Shown: positions 26,121 through 39,722, numbered from the stretch's first letter. The stretch is 64,000 nucleotides of DNA from Klebsormidium nitens (GCA_000708835.1 DF237020.1:175974-239973), one strand, 5' to 3'. Notes: a model not told the origin generated them from the sequence alone. Translations and numbers: made by a program.

Positions 26121-27617
26121 CACGGGACATTTATGGGGCGACTTCCGTACCTAGGTACGGGCCGAAAATTCCCCGGTACGACCTAGGTAATACCTGATTT
26201 TAGTCGGTCCGCCGCCGGTTTCCGGCAAGTTTTCGGTAGGTTTCGAAGCTGCCGGCCGGAGGTTCCTGGTAGGAATGTTATGCCAGTACCCAAGTAAAAC
26301 CTAGGTTACCTAGGTATAACCTGCGGACCTAGGTATAATTAGTGTAAAATTAAAACGCGTTTAAAATGTTTAAATCTACATGTAGGTAGAATGCTTAGGC
26401 AAGGTCCTCCTTTGACCCACATGCTGTTCCATGCTTTGGGAAACGATTTCCCAAGTTGATTGAAGCTAAAAGTCGTAGGAACTCTTCCTAATAGGTCACA
26501 AGAAGCCATGGCGCTTGCTTTTAAATTGTGGTGTAAAAGCGCCATAGCTAGAGCGTCTCTCTTACCCTTCTTCCCCTTCTTCTTGAATGGGAAAGGCCTT
26601 GTCCCCATAAGGCCAACAAGGGCAAAGAAGGGAGCTGTGCCTAACCTCAATTCTACAAGGCCTTTTACCTTAGAGCTGTACGTTACATTTGAATTTCTAC
26701 CACGTGTTCGCGTATGCTGTGGCTATCGCCGACTAGAGCACAGGTCTATGTATCGACGGTTATCGCGGCGTTTCAGATTTATGCTACATTAGTCCGTACG
26801 GCGGTACCGTACCATGTCACCCGGTATCTTTATTTGGCACAGATAGCTAGGTACCGGACGGTAGCCGAAGTTCAGGCCGCGCGGCTCGGTAACACGAGTC
26901 GATCGGCAAATTTCGTACCTAGGTCCAACCCAGGCGGTAGACCCTACGGGTGCACGACCTTCAAATTGGACCCGGACGCGGTCCCCGCGGTCGCGCGAGT
27001 TTTCACTCTATGAAAATTTGTCGCACCGTAGACTGTAGACACTTAGCAGAATTCGATCAGACTTGGACAGATTCCAGTCTACGTTTCAGACCTGTAAGAA
27101 ATGCGCCATTCCCCGGGTGAGCTAGTCAGACCATAGCATGAATGTTTTCGGCGGCAAGTCTGCCCGGTTGGACTCGCAGGCTTCAGAGTCAACCGAGCAC
27201 TCTTTCAGGCCTAACAATCGCCCGGTGGATGGCTAGGTCTGGGAAGGCCAACCGGGCAGGCCTAGCGCCGAAAACAGTCCTGCTATGGTCTGACAAGCTC
27301 ACCCGGGGAAGGGCGCATTTCTTACAGGTCTGAAACGCAGACTGGAATCTGTCCAAGTCTGATCGAATTCTGCGAAGTGTCTACAGTCTACGGTGCTACA
27401 AATTTTCCTTGAGTGAAAACTCGCGCGACCGCGGGGACCGCGTCCGGGTCCAATTTGAAGGTCGTGCACCCGTAGGGTCTACCAACCCAGGCGAAACCAC
27501 TTTCAGACCGACGGCCCGGCGGTCAAATTTGGTCGAACCGGTCGGTTTTTGGCAGGTTTCCTTCCGGAGTACCGCGGTAGTCGACCTACGGCCAAGTTGC
27601 ACCATAAATGTCCCGTG
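26121..27617. mobile_element. Degenerate non-autonomous DNA-transposon-like host element with ACCTAGGT sub-terminal repeats (boundaries approximate)
   Basis: 16-bp inverted match CACGGGACATTTATGG (26121-26136) / CCATAAATGTCCCGTG (27602-27617); six ACCTAGGT palindromes at 26149, 26181, 26299, 26308, 26327 and 26917; no credible gene inside. Confidence 0.45.
26936..27483. mobile_element. Foldback / Mutator-like non-autonomous element, 548 bp, ~236-bp TIRs, 9-bp TSD AACCCAGGC
   Basis: Arms 26936-27171 and 27248-27483 are near-identical reverse complements (GGTAGACCCTACGGGTGCACG...). AACCCAGGC is repeated directly at 26927-26935 and 27484-27492. Long G...C TIRs with a 9-bp TSD are typical of MULEs. 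Confidence 0.85.
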
Positions 27618-29111
27618 AGATTGGTCGACACATGGGCAAAGCGACCAGAGTGACTCGTTTACTCTTGTTAGCTACAATAGCATCTTCCCATGCATGGCCA
27701 AACCTAGATCATGTTTGCCGCTCGGTATTATGGCATGCATGCCTCCAAGTCGAGTGTGCCGCATACATACACTCAGTACAATTTGATGTGCACCTATAAC
27801 CCTGATTGACGGACCGCACACAACGTTATAATATAGTTCGCTTTGCATGATCCCAATTGTGCCATGCAGGTTCGATCAACTATTCGGGGCTGGGTCAGCC
27901 ACCGTGCCACGAAAATGTGCACCTATTTGCGGTATGCGTTCAATTCTGCACGTTTCCTGCACTGCTCCTACAGCATGGCGGCCGGCTTGTTCGCCGTCCA
28001 GGCATCAGATCATATCAGCCTGTGGTCTCTTCTTCCCTTCAGAGTACCATCGTGCAGACCCAAACTCAAAGAATCTTGCGTCTATCTTTTGCTCGACAGG
28101 GCTGTACTGAACCGTACGTCGTGACTCATTGCGCGCCGGTGCCCCTTGTCTGGACTCTTCGACGACGGCCTTCCTTGTGCGATTCGAGACAGGTCGGCCA
28201 TCTCCCCACCTCGGCTGCTTCCAGCTTGGGCGACCCTGCCGGTACTCCCCGAGGGCTCTGGTCGCCAACTCGTCGGAAGCTGAGGATGATCCCCCTCCCC
28301 TCTGCCCACCCTGCTTTTGGCGACGTGTTGTCGAATCTGCTGAAACGGTGCAATGCCCGGCTGGTAGCTGTGCGGACTATTTGGAGCAGTGGCGCTCCGG
28401 GCTCTCGAAAACGGGCCCCTCAAACCTGTTCAGACCAGAATCATACGTCAGCAAATCTGTATGCAGAACTGAAATAACACAATTGACTCATTGTGTCCGA
28501 TCGACGCGATCCGGCTCATCATTCGGCCCTTGAGGTTGAGACGAATAGGACGTTTGAGACGATTGAGCCGCACGTACGCAGAGCTTGCGGAAACACACGC
28601 GGGCTGCTTGTTACAAAGGCTAATATGGTCGCAATTCATTGCTGATTATGACTCCCGTGAGGCACTCAGAGACCAAAGCTAGGTAGGAGGTGGCCGAGTC
28701 TCGCTCATAAACTTCCCATCGCTGTAAATCCAGAACCTCGTCCTAGCCTCTCTCCGTATCTCGGTTGATGGTGACCAGAAAAGTGCTAACACGATTCCTG
28801 GCTGGAACCGGAAGATGTCCTCAAATTGCAATCTGCATGCAGACCCTATCCACCACCGTCAGTATCACGGAACTCCGAAGCATCCCCCTCAGCATGTCAG
28901 CGCAGAATTAAGCAACGGGGACCGCAACGGACCACAGAAAACAAGAAAAGGTGGTCAAAAGTGCGGTTCACGCTCCACAAACTAGCTCTCTTACCCACAA
29001 AAACGTTTTTCTTTCGAGCCCAGATCACAAAACCTGCTCCATAAGATCAGAGCGGAACCAAATCACTTGAAATATGGAAGACCGTCAGGCGTTGTGGACA
29101 CGTGGCCTCAC

Positions 29112-32100
29112 TTTTGCGGTCGAGCGCCCAGTTCATGCTGTCGATCCTGCCCTGGATGACCTTGAGCGTGGACGCGAGCGACTGGACGCGCTTCCGGATG
29201 TGCGCCAGCCGGGCCGCCTGCTGAGCGACCAGCGGCTGGGGCGATTCCTCCAGCAGCTTGTCCAGGCCTGCGAGGCAGGTGTGAATACGCTCGGCTTCCT
29301 CAAAAAGAGAGACGGTCCTTTAAGGCGTGAATTTTGTCAAAGGCCTGAGAACCTACCGTTTGAAACGGACCCTCTGAAACGTGCGACCGGTCATTGCAAG
29401 GGTCTTGACATGAGTCGGATGTTGCTCACAACGTCTAATGTGGTAAGACAGATGGGACCGAGGTCCGACCAGGATTTGAATATAGCCCCAAGTCTAGGAG
29501 CGTGACTCGAAGGACGCCTTACACACGTCCCGGGTCTAGAGGAAGTCGCAACGTTCGCTCTAAGGTCAACGACTTCCCTTCCGATCTACTTGTGTCTGCC
29601 CCCTGATCCCCGGACACTCCACAGTGAGCAGATGATCAAACGCAAACAGAAACTTAGCTCCAATCTGGAGCTCAACACCCAATCAGCAAGACGACCAAAC
29701 ATACTGATTGCTTACGTGATTCTATGTTGGCTCTTACCGCCTATTTGCGACAACGAAGACCGTCGGCACAAGACGGAGGGACCAGTCGGAAGAGATGGGG
29801 GTTCCTTTCGAGCTTCGTCTCTTGAACTCTGCTCTCATGCCATTTGGAGCCGCATTGAAAAGGAATGTCCCCGAGGTTGCGTAAAGCGGTCAGTCCTCTG
29901 CTTAAATTACCTTGTGTAAGGTTCTGCGTCGACCGACTGGCGTAAATGCTCATCTGCGGTCATCCGGACCAATGAGAACGCTTAAAAAGATCACGTGGTA
30001 TGTAAAGAGCAGTCCTGGTACAGGTTTTTTGCGAGAGCGGCATGTACAGAACTGTACGCGGACTGGAGGTGTGAAGCTGGTGAGCCTAGCAGTTTTCGGT
30101 CGACGCGGAACCTTATTCTGGTATTTTCAACGCCATCCCAACGAATTTGTTTACCAACTCACCTTTCGTCAGGCGGTCGATGCTCAGTGCCAGCTTCTCC
30201 TGACTCCTCAGCGCCGCCTCCACTTGCTTATCCGCCTCTCGCGTCACTGGCCCAAACACCCCCGCGATCCCCGCCGCAATTTCGTCCGCCGCCACTGCGC
30301 CGGGGGGGTCGAGCTCACGCCTGGGAAGCTCTTGCTGCTTACCCCCTGGTTTCGAAACATCCGCCGCATGCTTGTTTGGTGCCTCCGAAGCGAAGGACGG
30401 AGATGCAACTGAGGGGGGTTCCGTTCTGGCGCTACTGAACGGAACGGAACCGGAAGTTCCGGGGTTTTGAGGAGGCTGAGAAGGAGGACCGGACTCAGAA
30501 ACGGAGCCGGACATAGGAGGATTGGGTCGTTGGCCAGGAGCTGATTCTAGACCAACATCTGCTACCCTGCCCGAGCCGGAAACCGAAGGAGCCCCCGATC
30601 TGGGCGCCTTTGTCCCAGGGGTGGCTTCCGGTTCTTTGCTGGTGAAAGGGGCGCTCGGGATGGATGGTAACTGGGCGGTGATTGTCGACCAGGACGGGAG
30701 GAAGGAGGGCAGGGACAGGTAGGACGTGCCCGGGGAAGTACCCTGGGCGGAGGCGGGGGGGTGGGGTGCCTGAGAGGAAGTGCTCGTGGGAATCTCCCGG
30801 GCGGCTGCACCGGGCTGAGGGCCTTCTGAGGGGTCCGCAGGAACCGTTGCAGGTGAGGTGACGGGCTGGGGGGAAGTACCCGGGGGGATCTCCCGGGCGG
30901 GATTGGCGGGCTGGGCCTCCTGAGAAGAAGTGCTCGGGGGAGTCTCCTGGGCGCTTTTTTCGGGCTGAGGAATGTGTGAGGTATTCGGGGGGGTCTCAGA
31001 CGGGGAGACGACGGGTTGGGGGCCTTGCGGGGAGGTCAGGCAGGGGTTCAGGGAATTGTCCTGGGAAGAGGAGCTAGGGGGAGCGGAGAAGCCTGGTGGA
31101 GCTGCTATTGAAGAGGGGTTCGGAGACTCGTCCCTTTGGTAGGAAGCTGCCGGGCCGTCGACTCCTGACGAGAGTGAGGTGAAAGTGACATTAGAAACTG
31201 TGGGGCCTTCGCTAGGCGTTTGGTCGGCAGCCGAAGTGCTCATCCCTAGAGACGCCCCACTTGCTGATGTCACCCTGTCTTTACCGCTCTCAGTCCCTTG
31301 GGCGCCCTCAAGTTGTGGTGGAACAGCAGGCTTCTCGACTGGCCCTACTTCTGGCGAAACAACCGGTTTGGACGGCTTTCTTGAAGCAGGCGTAAGATAT
31401 GGTACTGCGGTGTTCATCAGGGCCGTGAGGGAGGATACTGGAGGCGTACTAGTGGCTGGAGACACTGACTTTGCGGAGCTTGGGTTATCGTTGGAAACAG
31501 GCGGTTCGCGCAAAAGCGGAGCTTCCGAACCACCCGTTGTGCCTGAAAGCGACGTGCTTGCCTCAACCGAAGGAGTGCTTGTCTCCTTCTCTGGGGCTTT
31601 TGAGGAAGTTGTCGGGTTAGGGGCATAGTTGGCAGACTCTGTTGGAGGGGGAGTTGTGGTTTGGAGGGGCGTACTGGGCGCTTGAGAGGTGCTCTTTGGT
31701 TTGGACCCCGAGGAGAAAAAGGAACTTATGGAGGCCGGAGAAGGAAGATAGGACGTGCTTGCAGACCCTGTTGAGGTCTGCAAGCTTGGCTGGTTTGAAG
31801 GTGCAAGAGCCGAGGAGGGATTGGTGACAGACGCCTCGTCGCTCCTCACTTCCGGCGAGAGCCTCTCAGCCGCAGATGAATGACTCTCCTCCTGGGACGA
31901 CTTGGATGCTTTCTCGGTACCTGTACAAAGAGAAATTGATGTCTGAAGAGTCCACAACTCAAATTAAGGGCTGCATGGGTATAGTCAGATGGATCTGGTG
32001 CAAAAGCTTGCTTTTGGGTGCAAACCTCGGAAAAGTTGAACGCACTTGACAGAGGCAAGCAAGAGATCTGCACATGCAGCGTGTTCACTTCCCATGTGAG

Positions 32101-33063
32101 TAGAAGCTGGCCTTTCTGGGACATACTTGCGTACACTAACTCGTGCCTGTTGGCTCCAATACAAGTCAAGGACCTCAAGGAGGATGTTGCTTTCAGTGCT
32201 GCATCATATGTGGTCCGGCAACAACGAAGTTCAGAGCTTCAGTAGGCAGAATCCAGAAACTACATTTAAGAAACAACATAGAGAGCATGTCGGATGTGAA
32301 ACACATACCCCATGTATACCCCACATACTCCAAACCTGACGTACCTTCCCAAGCATCTAAAAGTAAAAGGTGTTACACATTTGTATGGATTGTGACTCAT
32401 CACAAGTCTCCCACAAAGGCCATTCCTGAACCTTCTCAGTACTGAAGTCTTGGAAGTGGTGGCTCGTTCTACAAAGAAGAGCCCAACTTGAGGAAGACCC
32501 TGGAGGACAACAAGCGGGGGAAAAGATCCTGGGAAGTGATTTGATGCAGCCCAATCTACACAGAAGCTGGCGGGTACTACACTGACTAAGCATTTGTCTA
32601 ACCGCTGCCACCATACGTACGATATATAAAAAGGAACTCACCAATTTGGTTACGAAGAAACTTTCTTTCGACTATGATTCTTACCTGAGTTCTGCTGGGC
32701 CTGGTCTGTAGAAGAACGTTCGGGGGCGCCCTCAATTCCCACACTCGATGGTGTGCTCGACCGCAAGAAACCCCCATTGAAGGATGGAATAGCAGCAGCA
32801 AGAGCAGACGTGATTGAGCGGCCCACGCTGGACGGAGACGTGCTAGTCATCTGGCTGGAGGATGGGGGGCTTGTATCCAGTCCTTCCTTGTTTGGGCCGG
32901 GGCTTGGAGTGGCAATTGGTGGGGTCACTTTTGAGGGAGATTTGTGTGTGACATTGCTTAGCCCCTGCTCTGAAGCAGACATGCTTGAAGGCATGTTATG
33001 ATGCGAGACTTGCCCATTGTCTTGTACATCATGCTCTTGGTCCCTAGACGCCGCTCCCTCCAT
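29112..33063 (-). CDS. SNAPIN: SNAPIN (BLOC-1 subunit) homolog with a ~660-aa Ser/Pro/Thr-rich N-terminal extension; exons 32685-33063, 30163-31920, 29112-29267; terminal exon(s) unresolved (possibly ~28080-28350)
   Basis: IAAGIAGVFGPVTREADKQVEAALRSQEKLALSIDRLTKGLDKLLEESPQPLVAQQAARLAHIRKRVQSLASTLKVIQGRIDSM matches the plant Snapin consensus. Phase-1 junctions are consistent. Confidence 0.82.
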
Positions 33064-34338
33064 TCTTCTGATGCGAGTCCAAGCTCTTGCGAAAAACAAG
33101 CTGTCCGCTTGAAGAAAAGGAACAGGCTCAATATTCTACTAGGTAAGACATACTGAGATTAGTACAATGGTGAAGGGCTAATGTTGCCCGCACCACCACC
33201 CGAGTTTTCTTTCTCAGCTCAGCGAGGTTTACAGACAGTGCTGTTAAGAGCAATCGCTTGAGTGCTAGCATCATCGGCCAGCACGATGATGTTCACACCA
33301 ATCCCTCACTTGGCATCAATTGTGACATCTGCCATTTAGGGCGCCACCAAGAAGGCATCAGCAACCACAAGACATTCCGACTCAAAAAGACGAAGAGGGA
33401 GTTCCAGCCACTGTGGCTCTGTGGCTCGGCCGGCGACCACGAAGCCGCAGAATGTGCTCGGCGGTCGCTCAATTTTGCAGTCAAGAGCACTCAATCTGTG
33501 TCACGCACCTGGTGCAAGTAACTTAGTATCCAGTGGCAGCAGAGTTGGCGAGCTGGGTGTAGAGGGCGCTCTTCAAGAAGTGAAGAGAGTGGAAGAGGCG
33601 CCCGTTGAAGAGCTTGACGATTGGAGGATAGTTTCGTAAGGGCTAGATCCAATTGGTAAGGGGATTCTCAGGCTTCAATAGACAGCAAGTTCGCTGGTGT
33701 TTGCTGCTGAAGGGTGAACCCTGGTGATCCCTTCAGGCGCTGAGCTCAATGCATCACCTGCCTAGTCGAATTGGGAGTTTTGGACAGTTTGCAGCTGGTC
33801 GCACACAGGTAAGCACTCCAGCTTTTCCGATCTTTGACGCTTTTGCCGCTTCTCTCAAATTGCCAAGTCCTTGATCCCAGGAAAGATGATGTCCGTGGCC
33901 TTGGGTGCAATAACTTGCTTCTAATCTGGCCTTTAAAACCTGGCTTGGTTTAGTCAGTCCAATGGCAAAAATGATTATCAATTGTCTACATTATTCCATG
34001 CTGGAAACAAGATCAGGTTGCAAAACTCATCAAATGTCCAAGTCTCGCAAATGTCACAGTCCACTGCCCGTCCACTGATTGCATGGACCTCCATTGTCCA
34101 ACTTGCATCGAACTTGCACACACTGATTTCGTTGCCATTGCTTCTCAAATATTTGCAAGCTTGTTGCGAAGGGCGTTCCACCTGTGATTTGCAGGAGATT
34201 TTGGATCTTAAAATGATGGTCTAAAGTGAATTGCATGTGGTCCGCATCTGGTATCTCTCGCAATTCCAATCAAAGCAGGACGTTTGAATGAGAGAAGAGA
34301 GGAACTTTATTGGCCGTTTAAATGTTTTTGTGCAGGCC

Positions 34339-37300
34339 ATGGATGATGGTGGAAACGGGCAGCAGGATGCGTCAGCTGATGGCAGGTTCCTCCTCCAGGG
34401 CTACTTACTGAAGAGATCAGAGACGGTACGGAAAACCAATCCTTGACCTCTGGTCATTCTGAAATTGATCAGAGACTGCCGATCTCACGAGAATCAACAA
34501 GAGTGGCGTCGCATGATTGGCGAGTCCAGATTCTGCAGCCAGGCTCAAGAAATTGGTTATGCAACTACCTGTCAAGCTGAGACTTTCTGATCAAAAATGC
34601 CGCTATTCATGAAAAACCTCCCTCTGATGATACTTGGCTTGGGCAAAGGGATATACATACCATTCCTTCTTTGTTGTTAAACTGCAGCTGAGACGCTGGA
34701 ATAAGCGATGGTTCAGCTTGGATCCTACAACCGCCAGGTTGGAATACAGGTTAGTGGACTTGCGACATTGGACTTGCTTTTTTGTCTTTTGCCACATGCC
34801 CCTCTGCAGACATTGCTGCAATGTGAACTAATCTGGTGCCTCAGGGAGGGCGCATCAGCTATCAACTGTTCTGTCGCACTACTGAAGCCCTGATCTCTTG
34901 ACAGGTCACAGCGGAGCGACCTGTATCCACGAGGCCAGATTGTCTTTGATGCAAGCAGCACCATCACAGTTTCGCCGATCAACTTCAAGTAAGTTGCCCT
35001 TCTCGCATTTGAAAGGTCCGTAACTGGCCCTCGTGGACATTCGTTGTTTGAATCTGCACACCAAGGTGATGATATGCTGCCGCCGAGTTCTATTTGTAAA
35101 GCTCTTTAAGCCATCTTGTCGTTGATTTCGAACCTGTGTTTTCAAGCATCTTATTGAAAGTCGTCTGCACTTTGGGAAGATATGGTACTCACCCCTTTTC
35201 CTCTTTGTTGCACTTGTAGCAGTGGCGCAAAGCAGTACGATGGATGCTGTCTCTGTATCCTTCCTGCCAACAACCTCCTTTCTTGCTCTGTTGCCTGCTT
35301 CAAATGAAGCAGTCTCATGTCGCACGAGCATTTTCACCGCTGTTATCTCAATCATATGCGTCCATGATTGCGCTGCTGAGCCCGCGCCCATCAAGTCCTA
35401 TAGTCTTTCAACGGCTTCCTATATCTGTGCTGCAACAAATAACGAGAATCTTCATACGAATAGTGTGATGTATCATCCTTGACTGTGAGTGGGACCAGAT
35501 ATTGGCACTCCCCGGAAGAAGGATTACTTCCTGGCGGCAGAGACGCCGGCAGCAGCCAGGGCTTGGGTGACAGCACTGCGGTAAGTTCCAGATGTACAAG
35601 CTAGCTCGTCCTCAGAGACATCCAGTCGAGAGTGACACCTCACACACAAAGCTTGAACTTTGTAGGGAAGAACGTGAATTTCGAAATGTTAGATCTGCTT
35701 CTGCGGAGGAGAAAGTAACGATGTACACTGCTCAGCGCTGGGATATTAAGACTTCTGCTCAGCTATCAGTCACACTCTTCAGTTTGAAAAGAGATTGTCC
35801 CTATGCTTTTCTTGCCAGTGACTGTAACAGAGACCCATGTCAGAGGCTCTCTGACCTCCAGTCCAGCTTGCAGCGCGCTCTGATTGACGTGGCAACTTTG
35901 CACCTTTCACTGACGTTTCGTGCACTGCAGGGCGGCTATGCAGGTCCTCAAGGCCCACCGTGATGCTGTGAACGCTCTCGGAGACTCGCAGAGGCGGCAG
36001 CAAAGCGAGGCCGCTCTTCGCGCCGCTGCCACTGCATCGAACGCCACTGCGGAGGCGATGGCGAAGGAGATCCAGGCGGCAAGCCAGAAGCTGGTGCTAC
36101 AAGGGTTTGGGATGCAGGCGGAGGAGAGTGGGCAGGCCGATGAGGGGTCGGATGATGGCGTTATGGATGGAACCACGATCGTGAAGGTGAGGCTGTACTC
36201 TCGGTTTGCTCGACCACGTGATTGCCAGTCAGGTGGCCTGCGAAAGAAGGTCGGCTTGCATGATGACGATTGCCCAAACGGCAGATATAGTCAGACTCAT
36301 CCTTCAGGAGACAGAGGCGCAGTTACAAACGCAAATCCATACGTCCTGTTGGCGAGTAGCCGAACACAGCTCCATTGGAGGACGTCAGCCAGCACTTCTA
36401 GCACTGAAAGGGCAAGTATTGGTAATTCCGTCCTTTTCTCCTCATGTTGCGGTTCGTATCTTCCAGGGAAGAAAGCAGCACCGTCGAGACCTTCACCGAC
36501 ATTCTTTCTCGTTCCTGGATATCTTATTTGTTTACAAACCTCGTGAACGCTGCGACGGTGGCGATCAGTTTTACCTGCTTCGTCGCACTACAGAGAGACG
36601 CTGTCCGTCAGACAGGCCCTGTCGCCACTGGCCCTGCTCGAAGGAACCCTTCCTCCGACATTTCTAATCTGGACAAGCTCAAACTCTGCTCGCGCTTCAA
36701 GCTCAGTCTCCATCGTCCCCGCTCAAAGCAAACCCTCACCGCAACCGCTCCAGATCGACTTGACACCAAAGCAGATTCTGTGCCTCAATTATTCCCACAG
36801 GAGACGCTCCGTGTCAAAGACGAGGAGCTCGCGCAAATGGCGCAGGACCTGCGGGCCCGCGACTCGACGATCCGCGAGATGGCCGATCGGCTGTCGGAGA
36901 CGGCAGAGGCGGCCGAGGCAGCGGCGGCGGCGGCGATGCAGATGGACCGGGACAGGAAAGCGGCGGTCTCGGAAGCGGCGCAGGCACGGCGGCTGGCGGA
37001 GAACGCGCTCAAGGAGGCGGAGACGCGGATCAAGGAGGCGCAGGAAAGAGCGGCGCAAAAGGTGGGTGACTCGACTTCGGTCGGAAACAATCTAAGTGGA
37101 AGATTTAAGGACGGTTGCGACTCAAAAAAATGGTTCGTTGCCTAAAAAGGCTTGCAAACGCTCCGGATAAAGGGTTCTGTATTTGAGGTCAACGAGAGTG
37201 ATTGTGAGACTGCTGTGCACTGAAAGTTTTTCACAACGGCTTCCGCCACTGTCGATTTCAACGGCTGGCTAAACCGGTCGAACAAAGAACATCGTAAGAA

Positions 37301-39025
37301 GTCCTTCGTCTCAGCCAGTGAGCGTCTTAAGCGTGCCGTACAGGAAGTTCTGGCGAGTGTTGGTGTCGGATACTTGTCGCCAAGTGACCCTGAAAATCGC
37401 TTAGCTCTGTTTGTGCGCCTTTGAGTCCTCGAGCGACCGGTCCGTCGCGTCAATGAGACTTCGCACTTCTTGTGGAGCCATAAGCGTCCTGGCTGGCTTC
37501 TTCGCCTTTCTGATGCCCGTCCTCTTCTCTAGTCCATCGCCAAAAGCGTTGCTTCGGATTGTTTCTCTGGTCCACATTCAAGAACGAGGCAATCCAAGGA
37601 TGTTTCCCCTCAACTTTGATCATGCATCGCCAGATGCCAGGCACCGACGCCGTTTTGTGTAAATTATACGTTGTTTGCAGTTCATACGATATATACACCA
37701 TGTATATACGCGCAGGTAAAGACGCTGGAAGCCGACCGGGAGGAGGCCATCCACCGGGCCATGCAGTGGAAGGCCGAGGCCGACCGGGCGCACGAAAAGG
37801 CGCGAGCACTGGAGCTGGCGCTGAGACAGGCGCAGGGGGCGGCCGCGACTGCGAAGACGCACGGTCTTGCAGCTGACAAGCCGTGAGTCTCGCTAGCCCC
37901 TTGACAGCAGCTTAATATTAACTGGTCTAGGGGTTTCCATCAGTTGAGAGCTTAGTTCTGCAGAAAGCTAGGTCTTATGATCCCCTTCCAACCTGTTGCA
38001 AGTCGAGACGGATTGCCAGAGGACCGTATCAATGTTAAAAATACCGCTTTGTCTAGAGGGCATTTTCCGGCAAAACCTCGCGTTGTGTATATGCAGACGT
38101 TGCGTCAATAGGTACGCTTCATTTTGGGCTGGGACCCCGTGTCGAATGTGTGAAGTGGACAAGCATGCGGTTAGGCCTGCCTGCTCAGTCGGGGAATGCT
38201 GCTGAACTTATACTCCCCTCCCGTTGAGGACTGTAGAACGTCCTGAACGAAATCACCATCGTGCTAAGGACAGGAAGCTCACACGCAGTCACAGCTACCT
38301 TTTATCGGTCGCCGTAGTCTAAACCGTCCGTGTTCATTCACGACGGATTGAGAGAAAGTGAAAGATTGAGAGAAAGTGAAAGAAGATAGCGCATGCGTTC
38401 TCCATCTTTTTGCAGACCGGTCGAACCTGCTCTCGAGCCGCCGGCGACCACGATCCTCACAAGCACAGCAGAGCCGTCTCAAGCCCCAGCAGAACCGGAC
38501 GCGGCCGCCGTACAAAGTGCAAGAGCCGGGCACGAAGTCAATGAAGCAGCTCAGCAAACAGCAGCAGATCCTCACAGCAACGAGAATGGGGTCGACTTAG
38601 GCCACAACAAGGAGCCGTCCATGGATCAGCAGTCAGAGAAGGAAGAGCACAAGGCCGGTCCCTCTGCACCGGTCGTCGGTGCCGGTCCTCCAGAGCAGCG
38701 AGGCCCCGAAACGAGCAACACGAGCAACACCGACGGAGTGGCGGGAGAAGGTGTTGGAGGGGATGCTGATGGTGCTGGGTTGCAGAATGTCAGTCAGTCC
38801 GGGGCCCCTCCGAAGCATGAAGATGTGGAGAGCCCGAGCGTCCAGAAAAGCTCGCCTGCTGAGGATCAGAAGAATGTTGTGGATAAGAAGCAGCCCGGGG
38901 ACGCAGGACACACTTCAGGGTTTGTTGACGACGTCCCAGCTATGGATCCGGGTTTTCTCGCTGCTTTTCGGCAGGGCTCTCTAGGGAGTCAGCCTGAGAG
39001 TGGCAAGCCAGACGACAATCCTTAG
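34339..39025 (+). CDS. SWAP70: PH-domain and coiled-coil protein of the plant SWAP70-like family, ~547 aa; exons 34339-34425, 34688-34749, 34905-34988, 35220-35254, 35499-35580, 35931-36186, 36801-37061, 37716-37882, 38416-39025
   Basis: LLQGYLLKRSETLRRWNKRWFSLDPTTARLEY...FDASSTITVSPINF...YDGCCLYIGTPRKKDYFLAAETPAAARAWVTAL...ETLRVKDEELAQMAQDLRARDSTIREMADRLSETAEAAEAAA closely follows the Arabidopsis/rice SWAP70-like sequence as I recall it. All phases are consistent. Confidence 0.9.
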
Positions 39026-39722
39026 GATTTTGTCCTCCGTCAAAGAAAGTAGAAAGAACCTCATAGCGTACATTATATTGGTTTCATGCGTTGAGTGCTC
39101 TTCGGCATGATACATGAGAGCTCTCCGTCACCGTGCATGGATCTGCTGTTGCATGACCTGGTATTGGTTAAGATCTGAACCCTGCAAGTATGATAGTCAA
39201 CAAGCGGCGGGCTAAAGATCTGGCCCGGGTGCCCATGCGGTACTAGCTATAGGTCGAATCTACTGATGTCATGCGCGATCTAGGTTCGGCGAGCTTGATT
39301 GGGCTCGGTAAGATATAGAGCGGAACACATGTGCATCGGCAAAAGTGTAATAATCAATCTTGGCTGATTTTGTGACGCACGTACTTGACGATCGGAATGA
39401 TCCAGTATACTCACTGTCCGGTAGCAATTCTTCGCAACTACGAGCCTCGGACTCATGACCTTAATACCGTTCCGCCATGCATGACGGCAAACACCGCATG
39501 CAACTTAAAATGCCTGCTGTTAGCATATTATCAAAATGGTAGCATGCACGTGATACGACTGCATTGATTCTGGCGACTCCAGACCCAAATGTGCCGCTTT
39601 AACCATTGACACCGTCAAGTGCATTTCCTAGTTGTCTGCTTTTATAATTTAGAACATGATACAAAAGATGGTGAGCTCACCATTTGTGACCTATAATGAT
39701 CTTGTGGGTCCTGCTCGTGTCG

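Noticed and set aside
26339-26792. ORFs inside the repeat region as a transposase
   Set aside because: Short, with no DDE, zinc-finger or other transposase motif.
26936-27483. CRISPR array or structured ncRNA
   Set aside because: A single inverted pair with a TSD, not direct repeats with spacers; eukaryotic context.
27843-28533. Overlapping Cys-rich plus-strand ORFs as a gene
   Set aside because: No coherent splice model or motif; the region is more plausibly the 3' end of SNAPIN on the minus strand.
23671-38390. Short local duplications (15-bp at ~23671, 18-bp at ~38347; also GCAGGCT x4 at ~58633)
   Set aside because: Ordinary slippage repeats in introns or intergenic DNA with no sign of function.
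366-39025. VTI1, SNAPIN and SWAP70-like genes as a trafficking gene cluster
   Set aside because: They are spread over 39 kb with unrelated genes between them; chance proximity is sufficient.
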